From contig JASANG010001107.1 of assembly GCA_030248215.1 (NCBI GenBank), forward strand, positions 434,001 through 498,000: a DNA stretch of 64,000 nucleotides, given 5' to 3'. Source of the stretch: Enoplolaimus lenunculus. Lineage: Eukaryota. Below, piece by piece: positions 62,501 to 64,000 of the stretch. Within the stretch, counting starts at the first letter, position 1. Each line of letters opens with the position of its first letter. Both the position numbers and the translations under genes were made by a program. The notes beneath the pieces are model-generated. The model saw nothing but the letters and a program-made list of their open reading frames with translations, was not told the DNA's origin and did not search any database.

Positions 62501-64000
62501 TGAAGGCTTTTAAAACAAGCACTGCAGAGTATAGCAGAATATATGTAAAAACTTTATTGAACTGGCCTTAAAATTCGGAAAAATATTATTACGAGGGCTG
62601 ACGCACACTTGCCGTAAAAATTAGGACCCTGAACTGTCCAGATGTATAAGTAAAGCATACTTATACAGATTTTGATAAATCAGTATATTTTAAGTGAACA
62701 GCCATTAATTTACAAAATTGGTTATACAAACCGAGGGGTGTATGGTGGTGTAACCCCTCCTGCAAGTTCAGGAAAAACGAGAAAACCCGGTTACAATAAG
62801 TATTCCCTGTGGATTTTCGATTACAAATATTGATATTACCGTCCCCAAATGAAATCCTGGTAGAGTTCAAATGCAATCTATTTGGATTGATCATCATAGC
62901 TCCGCAATTCTGTTGAATTATAGCCTACGAAAAACGTTTCAGTTGTCCGAAACATTAAAAGAACTTTAAAAGAAACAGCAGTAGAGGGTTTGTGAACTGT
63001 GCCTGGACGCACAAAGCAAGTATTTGCAACAGCACGCAAGCGTGGAGTTCCGCTGAAGGCTCTTATTTTGCCGTTTGCTTGAGTTTTCGAAATTTTAACA
63101 TTTTGGTAGCGCTTAGGCTTCAGCTTACATTTTTAGGCATAAATTAGCGTTAGAAAATAGGAATAGAAGTGTAAAAGAAGTAACCATGAACGAATTTTAC
63201 AAGTAGAATAAAATATAAGCGTGGAATTTCAAAACTACAACACGTTTATTAGATAAATTCATGATAACTGCTTCGATAAAATCAACGCGAACGGTTCATT
63301 GATAAAAACGTAGCGTTTTATACGTTCAACTATGTGCCATTAAAAAGTTATACATATATTAAAATCATGTGTTGTAGATGCGACATAAATAAATACTGAA
63401 TGTATATATATGTATTTGGCATCTAAAGAATGCAGTTTGCGTTGTGATAACAGTTTTAGTTTACTTTGTTCCTGTTGTAAGGGCGATTATTCTTCTGATA
63501 AAAGCAATCTACAACACAGGCTGAATAAATTTAGCAAAAGTCAATTGTACAAGTGTATTAGACAGCTACAACTAGATACTGTAATCAACACTGTGTACAA
63601 TGGCCATGATAGAGGATACGTCGGTTCTCGAAATATCAGGTAATACAAGGAAAATACAGTTTTCAAAGACTTTAGTAAATTTCACTAAATTCTATAGTCC
63701 AAAACATGATCTTATATATTTTCCAGGAATGAAATGCTGGCTACACTTGTGACTTGTAACAGTTTCCGTCAGGTTTGCTGAGCGCTATAAAAGTGAATTG
63801 ATAAACGCTTAAACTGAACATTGTCTGTACTTAAATTTGCGAATAGTTTATAGACACTTTGTTCACAAATCATTACTGGCGACTTGTTGCTAATCTTTAG
63901 GGGCAGTTATCTTTAATATGAAAGTTAAAATTGCACTACTAATCAAAAGCTTTAAATTTGTACAAGTAGGCCAAATTCATTGACGGATCCGGGTCCGTAG

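Overview
Intron-rich, AT-rich animal genomic DNA, most likely a nematode. Evidence: degenerate TTAGGC telomere-type repeats, TTTCAG/TTTTAG acceptors, and a CxxxxC first LIM knuckle in LASP as I recall from the C. elegans orthologue. Five genes can be assembled by hand with phase-consistent GT-AG introns: (1) the 3' ten exons of cytosolic Phe-tRNA synthetase alpha (FARSA, +); (2) a UBA-like domain gene (UBALD/FAM100, +) with a greatly expanded low-complexity C-terminus and two alternative last exons; (3) LASP (LIM-nebulin-SH3, -); (4) a 203-aa secreted acidic/Pro-rich/Arg-rich protein I do not recognise (+); (5) a ~611-655-aa Ser/Lys-rich unknown protein (-). Introns and intergenic DNA are packed with non-autonomous DNA transposons: hAT MITEs with 8-bp TSDs (some keeping a hAT dimerisation-domain relic), GG-ended elements with 8-bp TSDs, a TA-targeting MITE, nested TGT-ended elements and tRNA-like heads. 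Most notable: a 2.4-kb fold-back element with two opposed 81-bp satellite arrays and a verifiable empty site; MITEs carrying telomere-like repeats; and a possible 4-nt micro-exon that would switch a uORF into a hydrophobic N-terminal extension of UBALD. All gene models are manual and untested against transcripts or databases.
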